Below are positions 9,120 to 19,738 of a stretch of DNA of 19,738 bases, piece by piece. A program made the position numbers and the translations under genes. This stretch comes from Octopus sinensis (taxonomy: Eukaryota), in contig NW_021824154.1 in the NCBI RefSeq assembly GCF_006345805.1, positions 1 to 19,738 on the forward strand. Reading direction: 5' to 3'. The notes below the pieces were generated by a model, which was not told where the DNA came from, ran no database searches, and saw only the letters and a list, made by a program, of their open reading frames with translations. Each line of letters opens with the position of its first letter. Position 1 is the first letter of the stretch.

Positions 9120-10630
9120 AAACATCTCGACACAGATATAAGTATGCATGCTAGGAAAACCCTACTTTTCAACTAGAATTCAACCTGGGTCAAACGAACT
9201 GACACTGAAGGCTCATTCGACGTTGCTGATATTTGCGACCTTATAGGGTTTTACATTCTGGACACTCTAGGTAATAAATTCCCCTCTGTCCACTTTGGCT
9301 TATATAGAGATGATGCATTAGCCATACTTTAGTTAGGCTTAGAAAAGACATCCTACACACCATACACGACCTCGCCCTTAAACTCACCATTGAAACTAAT
9401 CTCACCGTGGTGAGATGCCACGCTTCTTGGATGCCACGCTTGATCTAGATAGTGGTACCTATAGACCATACCGTAAACCGAATGATAGGCTATCGTACAT
9501 TAATACAGCCTCCTGCCATCCACCCATAATCTTAAAACATCTAATAAACATTATCAGTAAACAGATTTCGATCTTATCTTCAAATAAAGATATTTTCGAC
9601 GCAGCGGCTCCCGCTTACAATGAGGCGTTAGCGGCCAGCGGGTTCAAAGAGAATACAGTATATGTACCAAAGAAGGAAACGCCACCGCAATACCTTATGG
9701 TTAGCTTCCCGCTTCTCCCTAAACGTCCGGAAATGCATAGGTAAGATTTTTCTTAGGTTGGTTGATAAGCATTTCACACGATCACACAAATAGAGAAAGA
9801 TCTTTAACAGGCATAATTTAAGAATCTCTTTCAGTTGTGCACGTAATATCAAGGACAAATTACTTAGCACTCCTAAGCCACGGACAGAGGCAGATTTTAC
9901 ATGCAGGATTAGCAATGAATGCCCAGTGGACGGCCGATCTAACACCGAGGCTACAGTATACCAAGCAAAAGTAGCCTCAAACGGAAGCAGCACAAATATC
10001 AATAACATCGATGCCAAAATAGGGACACAAACTAAAATTTATGTTGGATCTTGTGAATCCAGATTTAAAGTTCGCCTGAACAACCACAGATCTTCTTTCA
10101 GAGTCCCGGAAAGACGCAACACAACAACACTTACAGCATACGTATGACGCCTAAAGGACGATCATACGCCCTTTAACATCAGGCGGAAATTATTGGAAAC
10201 TTGTGGACCCTATTGTAATGGAACAAGCCTGTGTAAATTGTATTTGGCAGAAAGATTTATAATCCTCATGAGCTCACATGAGCCAGGGGGGGGCTATCTT
10301 AACTCCAGCACGGAAGCCGTGGGGAATTGTCCACATTTTCGGAAATTTTTACTTCAAAATTGTAAAAACCTAGCTAAGAAGCGAAGGAAGACAACTTGCC
10401 CAGCCATATTTTTAAAGAGGATTATTTCTTGAACTATCACCGGCGTCTTTCTATTTTAAAACACACATTCTTTGCAGAGAACGGTTATCGTTTAAAGGAA
10501 CTGAAAAGTTCACGCTTGATGTGAAACCAATGGTTTTTTTATCTAAACTTACGCTAGACATACACAAATAAAATAACTGCACAATATTTTATAGGGTATG
10601 CTCTTCTCCTGATTTATGATATTGTAACGA
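9120..10630 (+). mobile_element. Penelope-like retroelement pseudogene: RT (YRDD) plus C-terminal GIY-YIG endonuclease, 5'-truncated
   Basis: HARKTLLFN*NSTWVKR...ICDLIGFYIL...GLYRDDAL (about 9297-9320); FLDATLDL..GTYRPYRKPN..LSYIN..SCHPP; CPVDG...VYQAKV...IYVGSCESRFKVRLNNHRSSF; CKLYLAERFII...LNSSTEAVGNCPH. Multiple stops and frameshifts. Confidence 0.9.
10497..10539 (+). ncRNA. Decayed hammerhead-like motif in the 3' region of the Penelope-like element
   Basis: GGAA-CUGAAAA-(15 nt)-GAAA-CCAAUGG-UU-UUUU. Core G8>A, quasi-palindromic stem III ACCA-A-UGGU, weak stems I and II. Confidence 0.4.
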
Positions 10631-11012
<382 letters not shown>

Positions 11013-11018
11013 GACAGC

Positions 11019-11138
11019 ACAGTTTCCGCCTACCAAATTCTCTCAAAGCACTGCTCGGCTTGGAGTTTTAATAGAAGATACTTGTTCCAGTTGCCGCGCA
11101 AACCACATCGTTGAAAAATGAGCGTATTGACTGCACGA
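11019..11138 (-). mobile_element. Degenerate SINE fragment, probably CORE-type
   Basis: Minus strand CAACTGGAACAAGTATCTTCTATT...TTTGGTAGGCGGAAACTG resembles the CORE motif ACCTTGGGCAAGTGTCTTC. Family assignment is from recollection. Confidence 0.5.
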
Positions 11139-11709
11139 GTGGCGGGGGGATATCACTTGTAAGATACTTGCGTCCTCCTACCGGGTGGAAGATGGGGCCA
11201 GATGTTTCCTTTTTCGTTGCGGCTCATCTAGAAACTTAGTCGACGCTAAGCAGATCTCTTTAAGTAAATCCTTCAAGGCTTTCTTTATTTCTTTTCCTTT
11301 TGTCGCAAAAAGGAAACGATCCACATGCAGTTAAGAGTAGTTGCGCAGCCGAAGCGTAATCAGTATGAAAGTATAAGGTTAACACAGCATCAAGGGACAA
11401 AATAGAAAAAGATCGGATTATGGATAATTAAGATGTGCCGCAAAGGAAATTATAGGATATATATAATCCAATGAATTATAGGATTATCATAATATAAAGG
11501 AATCCGAGAAAGGACAGGATTACTATTGGTTCCTTACACACAAATCCTAAACTATTTACAAGTGAGTTAGAAATTCGATACTTTCCTTAGGGGCACTTGT
11601 TACGCGAGTATAATTCAGGGGAAATGCAATTTATAAACAGGAATCGAAAATGAATAGCGATGCACTCGTTCGTTGAGATTATGCAGCCACAAATATGGCT
11701 CTCAAAAAA

Positions 11710-11741
11710 ATAATAATGTATTTATAATAATAATGATAATC

Positions 11742-11793
<52 letters not shown>

Positions 11794-11829
11794 TAATAAT
11801 AATAATAATTATTATTATTATTATTATTA

Positions 11830-11885
<56 letters not shown>
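11710..11885. repeat. (TAA)n switching to (TTA)n: self-complementary microsatellite
   Basis: Polarity switch at about 11808. Confidence 0.95.
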
Positions 11886-12072
11886 GCGACGAGCTGGAAG
11901 AATCATTAGCACGCTGGACGTCGCTGCGTTCTGAGTTCAAATTCCGCCGAGGTCGACTTTGCCTTTCATCCTTTCAGGCTCGATAAATTAAGTACCAGTT
12001 GAACACTGGGGTCGATGTCATCGACTGTCCGCCTCCCCAAAATTCCAGGCCGTAGGCCTATAGTGCAAAGGA
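11886..12072 (+). mobile_element. Family A SINE with deleted head segment, tail type 2
   Basis: GAGCTGGAAGAATCATTAGCACG, GAGTTCAAATTCCGCCGAGGTCGACTTTGCCTTTCATCC and tail CCCCAAAATTCCAGGCCGTAGGCCTATAG. Confidence 0.85.
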
Positions 12073-12132
12073 TTTTTGATCCAATCAACGGCCCTTATGA
12101 GCCCCATGGCTCGAGAAGGAACAAGCAAAAAC

Positions 12133-12311
12133 AAATTCCATGCCTGTATCTTTGCCGAAGAGTCGTACAATCTGTGTTAAGGAATCTTTCTTTCATTCTT
12201 ACTAAAAAGCTTCAGACCATCCATGTAGAGCAAATGGTTAATTTTTCCTTTCCTATTTCTACACTGATACTCCCACTTTGCTTTCCTCAATACTAAACTG
12301 AGTGGGATCAA
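12133..12311 (-). mobile_element. R4/Dong-clade non-LTR retrotransposon RT fragment
   Basis: Minus-strand translation LIPLSLVLRKAKWEYQCRNRKGKINHLLYMDGLKLFSKNER, then after a frameshift SLTQIVRLFGKDTGMEF. This matches the R4/Dong pattern HLLYMDDLKL...F..DIGMEF, with the catalytic DD mutated to DG. Confidence 0.78.
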
Positions 12312-12768
12312 ACATAATAATAATTATAATTATTATTATTATATTGTCTTTGCACAGCTTCTACTGCTGCAGATGTACTACGGTGTCAGTGAAAATAAAA
12401 GACTAAAGTAGTAAATGAAATAACGGGGCTGGGAGATACGGTGAGAGAGAGAAGAGAGAAAGAGCGAAGTGGGATAGACGTTGAAAAACAAGGGCAAGGA
12501 TACGAGTGACAGAGAAAAAGTTCCAAGGATATAATAATTGAATGACTAATAAGAAAAAGACTAAAGAGAGAGAGAGAGAAAAAGGCACAGACGGGCACAC
12601 AGGCAAAGAGACAGGCAAGGTAGCTAGTGTTATAAGGAAATGACAACAGTAAAAGGATACAAATGAAAGGCGTAAAGAAAAGTACCTCACAGTGAAATCA
12701 AATTTGTTTTCTGATTACCATGTAGTTGGAAAGTTTCAATAAGAAGCTAGAAACCATATTTTAGATAA

Positions 12769-12813
<45 letters not shown>

Positions 12814-12814
12814 A

Positions 12815-12849
<35 letters not shown>

Positions 12850-12858
12850 CTTATATAA

Positions 12859-12938
12859 AATATGTAAATCTTACTAGAAAAAAAAACGAATTATTAAAGC
12901 CTACACGGTCTAGCAAATTCTTATGAATTTCATTTCTA

Positions 12939-12974
<36 letters not shown>

Positions 12975-13079
12975 ATATATATGTATGTATGTATGTATGA
13001 GTGCGTGTATGGGTGTGTGCTTGCGTGTCTATATACATACATACACACACACACACAACACACACACGCACACATACAT

Positions 13080-13138
<59 letters not shown>

Positions 13139-13415
13139 TTATTTTTACGTATTTTTGAATTCTTATTCGTTCCCGTCCTTGTTTTGTATATATACATTCG
13201 AGGCTTTCTTCCAAGGAATCTAATGCGCTTGGCTTAGATTTTCCTTTGGGGCTGGCCAGGTCGGAGCAATCTCAAGATTAATCAGCCGAAATTGCGAGCA
13301 TGATCCGGTTCTGACTGAAGATTGAAGGCTTCGAATGTCTCGTCCGTGTTTTTTGTATCTTCTTGTAAATGTTTTGCGTTCTTGTCCCAGTTTGTATTTT
13401 TTTACATTACATACA

Positions 13416-13458
<43 letters not shown>

Positions 13459-13547
13459 GTGTGTGTGTGGTGTGGTGGTGTGGTGTGTGTGTGTTGTGCG
13501 TGTATGTATGTATATAGACACACAAGCACACCCATACACGCACTCAT

Positions 13548-13591
<44 letters not shown>

Positions 13592-13672
13592 TAGAAATGA
13601 AATTCATAAGAATTTTCTAAACCGTGTAGGCTTTAATAATTGCGGTTTTTTTTCTTGTACGATTTACATATT
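12859..13672. repeat. Large inverted repeat: arms about 12859-13135 and 13410-13672 around a ~275-bp core
   Basis: Unique AATATGTAAATC...GAATTTCATTTCTAATACAT and GAGTGCGTGTATGGGTGTG...GTCTATATACATAC blocks recur in reverse complement, in mirrored order with the intervening microsatellites. Confidence 0.92.
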
Positions 13673-14224
13673 CGAGACCAATTAATAAGCAGCTTCATTT
13701 ATTTTAGTATAGATTATCTTTTCTCAGTTTTCAATTACCCTGTAATTTCGTACAGTGGAGCAAACGTGCGTTCAAGAGTGTTTGAGTATTTATGAACATC
13801 CTACTTTACCCTAGGTAACAGTCTTTCCATGATAATTTTATTTAATATAGGTTTTTTTATTATTATTTCACCTTGTCTTGCTTATATTTTTTGTTTATGT
13901 ACTTTTTTACCCAAAAGTAAATCCTCCACAATTTTTGCAGCTCATCTTTGTTATGTCTCGAATTTGTCACACTTGCAGGAAGTAAAAACAAAATTAATAC
14001 AATTAATACCTCTGTTGCTGTTTGTTGTTGTTGTTGTTGTTTGTGTACTTATTATTATAGAGATGAAATGATTTTCTCACTCTTTTCACTTCTGTACGAT
14101 TGATGTACACAAAGGTGAAGCAAAAACAACCGGAAATCGAACCCTTTGTTCGGTGTCTGCCTAAGGCGAAGGTTATAATTACTAGGATAATTGAATATTG
14201 CTATCCTTTTGCCATAATCAGAAA

Positions 14225-14265
14225 TCATAATAATAATAGTTATCATCATCATCATCATCATCATC

Positions 14266-14334
<69 letters not shown>

Positions 14335-14401
14335 CATTATTATTATTATTATCATTATTATTATCATTATCATTATTATTTTTATTATCATTATTATAAT
14401 G

Positions 14402-14433
<32 letters not shown>

Positions 14434-14711
14434 TATTATTATTATTATTATTTATTATTATTACCATTATTATTATTATTATTATTATATTATTATTATT
14501 ATTATTTTACCATTATTATTATTATTATTATTACTATTAAATTATTATTATTATCATCATTATTATTATTATTATCATTTATTTTTTATTATTTTTATTA
14601 TCATTATTATAATAATAATAATTATTATTATTATTATTATTGTTATTATTATTATTATTACTATCATTATTTCTATTATTATTATTATTATTACTATTAT
14701 CATTATTATTA

Positions 14712-14773
<62 letters not shown>
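14225..14773. repeat. Long (TTA)n/(TCA)n tract with embedded (TAA)n segments
   Basis: Directly visible. Confidence 0.95.
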
Positions 14774-15322
14774 GAGTGAGAGAGCAGTGCATGCCATCAA
14801 AGTGACACTGGGGTAATATATACGAAGCCCAGTATACCCATCATGACTACCCGTCTGATAAGAGTACACCAGGCACATGCATCACAGCCATATGTGCGTG
14901 ACATGGTGATCTCATATCAAGATAAACAGCGCATGACCTCGCAGGTGGGGACCTGTTAGAATTTTCTTCTGGTCGAATAGTCAATCCCGCTCAAAAGGTC
15001 CCTAAATAAGGGCTGTTTAAGGATGTTGAACGAAACACCCACGTTTCCAGAGGTGAATTATTCAAACCCCAAAGAATCCCTCTCAACACATGGTTATGAT
15101 GCTCCCCCACTAATTCTGTTCGTGAACAGAGATGCACATATCGTCAGCCACTAAGGGACATGCTCAACTGGTTAAGCTCAAACAACTGACAAGCTAATCT
15201 GTGGTATTGAGCAGAATATTTGCTGTAGTCCATCTTTTATACCAAGATAAAACAATGTACATGATAACACTTCCAATCAGTTAAGATCAGAAGCCATGAG
15301 AGACTCTGCCTGGTACTACATG
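14774..15322 (-). mobile_element. Probable non-coding retroposon body ending in a (TAA)n tail
   Basis: A 550-bp complex block with no credible ORF; the minus strand ends ...GCACTGCTCTCTCACTCAATAATAAT. Its status as a repeat is from recollection of cephalopod sequence and is not provable within the window. Confidence 0.5.
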
Positions 15323-15427
15323 AGGCAAAGTCGACCTCAGCGGAATTTGAACTCAGAACGTAAAGACGGGCGAATGCCACTAAGCATTTCTCCCAGCGAG
15401 CTAACGATTCTGCCAGCTTGCTGCCTT
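15323..15427 (-). mobile_element. Family A SINE 5' part (left arm of inverted pair)
   Basis: Reverse complement of AAGGCAGCAAGCTGGCAGAATCGTTAGC...GAGTTCAAATTCCGCTGAGGTCGACTTTGCCT. Confidence 0.88.
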
Positions 15428-15471
15428 ATTATTATTATTATTAAAAATAATAATAATAATAATAATAATAA

Positions 15472-15511
<40 letters not shown>

Positions 15512-15531
15512 TAATAATAATAATAATAATA

Positions 15532-15564
<33 letters not shown>

Positions 15565-15669
15565 AAGGCAGCAAGCTGGCAGAATCGTTAGCACGATGGC
15601 AGAAATGCTTAGTGGCATTCGCTTGTCTTTACGTTCTGAGTTCAAATTCCGCTGAGGTCGACTTTGCCT
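15565..15669 (+). mobile_element. Family A SINE 5' part (right arm of inverted pair)
   Basis: A-box-like TGGCAGAATCGTTAG and B-box GAGTTCAAATTCC; truncated after GTCGACTTTGCCT. Confidence 0.88.
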
Positions 15670-16517
15670 TTATAGCGGTGTTAAACTACCTTGAGCTCTC
15701 TCTTAGGTTATATTATTATAGTATATCTCTATTTAGTTTTGTTGCAGTAATGTAATGCTATTTATTGTTTTCTATTGGGAAATAGATTATTTTATTTGGC
15801 TTTTTTGAGTAAGGGTGAATATAATGATTAAAACGTCACTTATAACTTAAGTGTTATCATTATACACAAATCCGAACTACAGTGTATAACGAATGGAGAA
15901 ATATACTTATGGAACGCTATAAATATTAACGACATGTATGTATAATATTTTCTTCGTGTTCATTTAACCGCTATAAGAAAATATAATTTAATGACTACAG
16001 AAATGCATATTTATTTATACTCAGTTGAAAAACAAACGTGAAGAGAAACATTTTCTTAATTAGTTTTATTATATAAATATAACATTTTATATTATGTACA
16101 TGTGAAAGGAAAGATAATTTTCGTCGTGTAGAAGTACGACTATATATTCACTAGCTAATTCATAAATCTAACTAATAGATTAATCAACAATTCAAAATAG
16201 ACTTGTGATTTTCTTTGAACATGGCATGAAAATCACCAATGTCTCAAAGGAGTGAATATTGTGGAGTTCAGTTACTTCCAACAAACACTAAAGTTTTCCC
16301 CCAAAATCCAGGGTTTTTATAACTGCTCAACGTGACTTAAAAGAATCGAAATCCATTACAAATATTCTTTACGTAACTTTTTAGAATCTTTATATGAGCA
16401 GTTATATTAAACCAATGGAAAAAAACGAAAATAATAATTCTTCGGCAATACGACATTATGTCATATTGCCAATTCGCGCTTTATTTCAAAAATTGGTTAA
16501 AATGGCTAATTGCTACA

Positions 16518-16595
16518 CCTTCATCCTTTCGGGTTCGATAAATTGAGATCGATGTAATTGACGATTTTCTTACCCCATATTTTTAGGCCTTGTGC
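16518..16595 (+). mobile_element. Family A SINE internal/3' fragment
   Basis: CCTTCATCCTTTCGGGTTCGATAAATT...GGCCTTGTGC matches the body and type-2 tail. Confidence 0.7.
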
Positions 16596-17460
16596 TTTCT
16601 ATTATTATTATTATTTATTTATTTATTTATTTATTTGTTCATTTATGTATTTATTTTTACTCAGCTTTTGTTGGGACTCCCGGAAACTTGCATACGTAGC
16701 GGGATTGCTAATTTCAGCCCACGGTACATGCTATCTATTCTTTTCGACTAATGTTTTCTTGATTATTATTATTGTTATCAGTAGTAGTAGTAGTAGTAAT
16801 TGTGGTGGTGGTGATGATGAGGTGGAGGAGAATGGGAAGCGGGAGGGTCATTGCGGAGTGTGTAAAGCTATGTTTAAAATTCGCTCCCAGTTTTACCAAA
16901 TATAATAGCATAAGGATAACCTATAAAGCAGGAGTCAGTCCTGATTTGGTTAGACTTGAATCTCCAAAATACTAGCAGGCACAATATGTGTACAAATGGT
17001 CCTAATACCATGAAACGAGATTCTTAAGTATGCTTAGGTATGGATTAATTAATTTTGAGATGATCAACTTGTGTAAATCACTAATTTAATTAGACTTTAA
17101 GATCCAGTAATGAGTTACATAGACAATTATTCCTTAGACACAAGTGATACTTAAATGAAAACTTAAGTAAAAAAACGGGTATGGAAACACAAATTAAGAA
17201 GTTTTACTTAGACACGTAATTAGGAATTAATTAGACTTTCTGCTCCAGCGTCAATTACTTCGTAGAAATGTTCACTAAACCCAAGCGAATCTATTCATGT
17301 CACTTAAGAACCATTTTAGGTACGGATTTCTAATTTAAGAAGCATTTTCTCCTAATCACTATACACTAATTAAGAAGAAACATGCAGAAACACTGTTTTC
17401 AAGCTACGTGAGGAATGCAACATACAAACGTGTCTTAGACCCAAAACGTGTTTTGACAGA

Positions 17461-17527
17461 GTTTTCTATCTTGAGATCTGGGCCAACCCAGATTCCTAGC
17501 AACTTAATCGGGCCTTCCATCCATTTT
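17461..17527 (-). mobile_element. Probable L1/Tx1-clade LINE ORF2 fragment
   Basis: Minus-strand translation KWMEGPIKLLGIWVGPDLKIEN resembles the post-RT K.LG motif of Tx1-like elements. Confidence 0.5.
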
Positions 17528-17671
17528 ATTTACAGAACTTCATCATTATGCAGCATCCACAGGAACCAGCTTGTACGAGAGGTTTTTGTCTTTAAGGGTA
17601 TCATTATACGTCTGGTTGGAAGTCCAACAGCACGAGTTCTTTTAGAAGGCTTAGCGAAAGGGAAAGGCTCA

Positions 17672-17726
17672 TTTCTTTATTAGCCGCAAGGACCCAAAAT
17701 AGAGGGGGACAAACAATGACAGACAA
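17672..17726 (-). mobile_element. Isolated family A SINE type-1 tail
   Basis: Reverse complement TTGTCTGTCATTGTTTGTCCCCCTCT...CCTTGCGGCTAATAAAGAAA matches the tails at 2440-2490 and 6820-6874. Confidence 0.7.
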
Positions 17727-17808
17727 CACAAAATGTTGGGGTACATAAAATGTATAATGAAAATGTATGTGACAATAAAATCGAATGAAAAGAAATGCAA
17801 TGGCTTAC

Positions 17809-17880
17809 GAGCCCTTCCAAAGCTCGCAGTTCCATTTTACTGTTCATATAATGTTTGATACAAACTTGAAAGCAGTGTTG
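17809..17880 (-). CDS. Candidate 72-nt internal host exon (QHCFQVCIKHYMNSKMELRALEGL if phase 0)
   Basis: Acceptor TATTCTTTCTTTCTCCAG, donor GTAAGC, length divisible by 3, only one frame open, non-repetitive context. Protein not recognised. Confidence 0.35.
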
Positions 17881-18259
17881 CTGGAGAAAGAAAGAATAGG
17901 TAGATTGGTAGAGTTATTCCCCGACAAAAGTGAAGGATTGCTGCGATGTGTGTGAATCTGAGACGGGACTATGTTGAATAAAATCATAATTTATCCTCCT
18001 GTATATTTTTTAACCAAAGCCAGTATGATTTCAGCACCCCTTCGTATAATACCTTATGAATTTTAGAAACAGTCCTTGAAGATATCGTTCCAGTATTCTA
18101 TACTCAGCGACGAACACCACTGAGAAAAATATTCAATGGCTTTTATATCGACGTGATTTTCAATGTGATATCAATGTGATTTTCTTTCCATCAGAACCAT
18201 AACAATACTAAGAGGGCGATGAAACATAAACAGAAAGAAACATGTACATATTACAAGTT

Positions 18260-18537
18260 TCACACTCCCTTTCTCTCTTTCTCTCACTTTGTGTGTGTCT
18301 CTTTCTTTCTTTTTCTCTCTGTCTCTGTCTCTCTCTGTCTCTCTCTTTCTCTGTTTCTCCCTTTCTCACGTACACTCTCTCTTCTCTCCATTTCAATCAT
18401 TCACTCATATTCTTCATGTCACCATTTCTCCATATTTCAGTTTTTCTCACTCTCTCTCTCCCTTCTCCCTCTCCCTTCTCTCTCTCTCTATATATATATA
18501 TATACACACCCACACACATATATAGACACACACACAT

Positions 18538-18578
<41 letters not shown>

Positions 18579-18652
18579 GTGCTTTCTCTTGCCTAGAAAT
18601 CGCCGTAGTCTCACAATCCCTCATTCACTACACTAACTTACACATTCTCTGC

Positions 18653-18698
<46 letters not shown>

Positions 18699-18722
18699 GA
18701 CCACCACTATTACTACTACTAT
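18260..18722. repeat. (CT)n pyrimidine tract, (TA)/(CA)n and (CTA)n microsatellites
   Basis: Directly visible. Confidence 0.9.
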
Positions 18723-18900
18723 GACCACTAATACATTCATATATACATATATAAGCAAACACACATATGTATATACGTATAATATATGAGTATATTTATC
18801 CTATGCGTATATACCTGAATATATACCCCATATAAAAATATAAGTACACCCTATATGTAACTACTTTTATACACAACTCTCTATAAATACTCATACCCAA

Positions 18901-18917
18901 TAGATATATATATATAT

Positions 18918-18985
<68 letters not shown>

Positions 18986-18997
18986 ATGTAGATATAG

Positions 18998-19035
<38 letters not shown>

Positions 19036-19139
19036 TATATATACCAGTTCGCGTGTCTGTGTGTATATACATGTGTGTGTACGTATATATGTATATACAT
19101 ATACTTGTATGCGCACACACACACATATATATATATACA

Positions 19140-19194
<55 letters not shown>

Positions 19195-19280
19195 CTGTGC
19201 GCGTGTCTATTTACATGTGGTATATATATGTGTGTGTGCGTGTGTGTGTACGCGTGTATATGTATATATATGTATATACA

Positions 19281-19325
<45 letters not shown>

Positions 19326-19400
19326 ATATGTATTATATATATATATAGTAAATATATATATATATATATTATATATATATATTGCATGTATGCATGTACG
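18901..19400. repeat. (GATA)n/(TA)n/(TG)n compound microsatellite
   Basis: Directly visible. Confidence 0.95.
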
Positions 19401-19629
19401 TGCGTATGTATCCTATCTGTTTTAGCCATAACCACATTCCACTCCAGATCTTTTGATGTTTGCCAATTCTCGCTAATTTCACTCTCAACATACTTTCATC
19501 ACATTTACTGCTTCACCCTTGTTATTGTTTAACGTCGTTGTTCTCGTGGTTGTTGCTGGTATTGTATTTGTTGGGTTTTTTCTCCTCTTTATTAGTTTTT
19601 GTTGTTACTATTGATATTACGGTTGTTGT

Positions 19630-19673
<44 letters not shown>

Positions 19674-19738
19674 ACTACTACTACTACTACTACTACTACT
19701 AATATTATTATCATTATTACCATTATTATTATTATTAT
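19630..19738. repeat. (ACT)n then (TTA)n microsatellite
   Basis: Directly visible. Confidence 0.95.

Noticed and set aside
11185-11235. Minus-strand CTAGATGAG...GAAA hammerhead-like words
   Set aside because: Insertion in the core and no stem III or cleavage triplet geometry.
15110-15152. Minus-strand CTGACGA...GAAC hammerhead-like words
   Set aside because: No GAAA/UH pairing and no stem I partner.

Overview
Repeat-saturated, AT-rich animal DNA with no complete protein-coding gene. The repeat landscape (tRNA-Arg-derived SINE, long TA/CA/TAA/GATA microsatellites) suggests an octopus or other coleoid cephalopod intron or intergenic region; this is inference. Most ORFs in the supplied track are microsatellite translations. 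Recognisable fossils are a CR1 LINE end, three Tc1/mariner remnants, an RTE LINE 3' end with TSD, a Penelope-like element (YRDD RT plus C-terminal GIY-YIG), an R4/Dong RT fragment, an L1/Tx1 fragment and several SINEs. The main hidden signal is a set of type I hammerhead ribozyme motifs with palindromic stem III, in short elements lodged in or beside (TA)n tracts: one intact (5068-5158, minus), two near-intact (7696-7758 minus; 8622-8705 plus) and one decayed (10497-10539). The window also has two local inverted duplications (12859-13672 and 15323-15669), a pre-miRNA-sized hairpin and one candidate 72-nt host exon.
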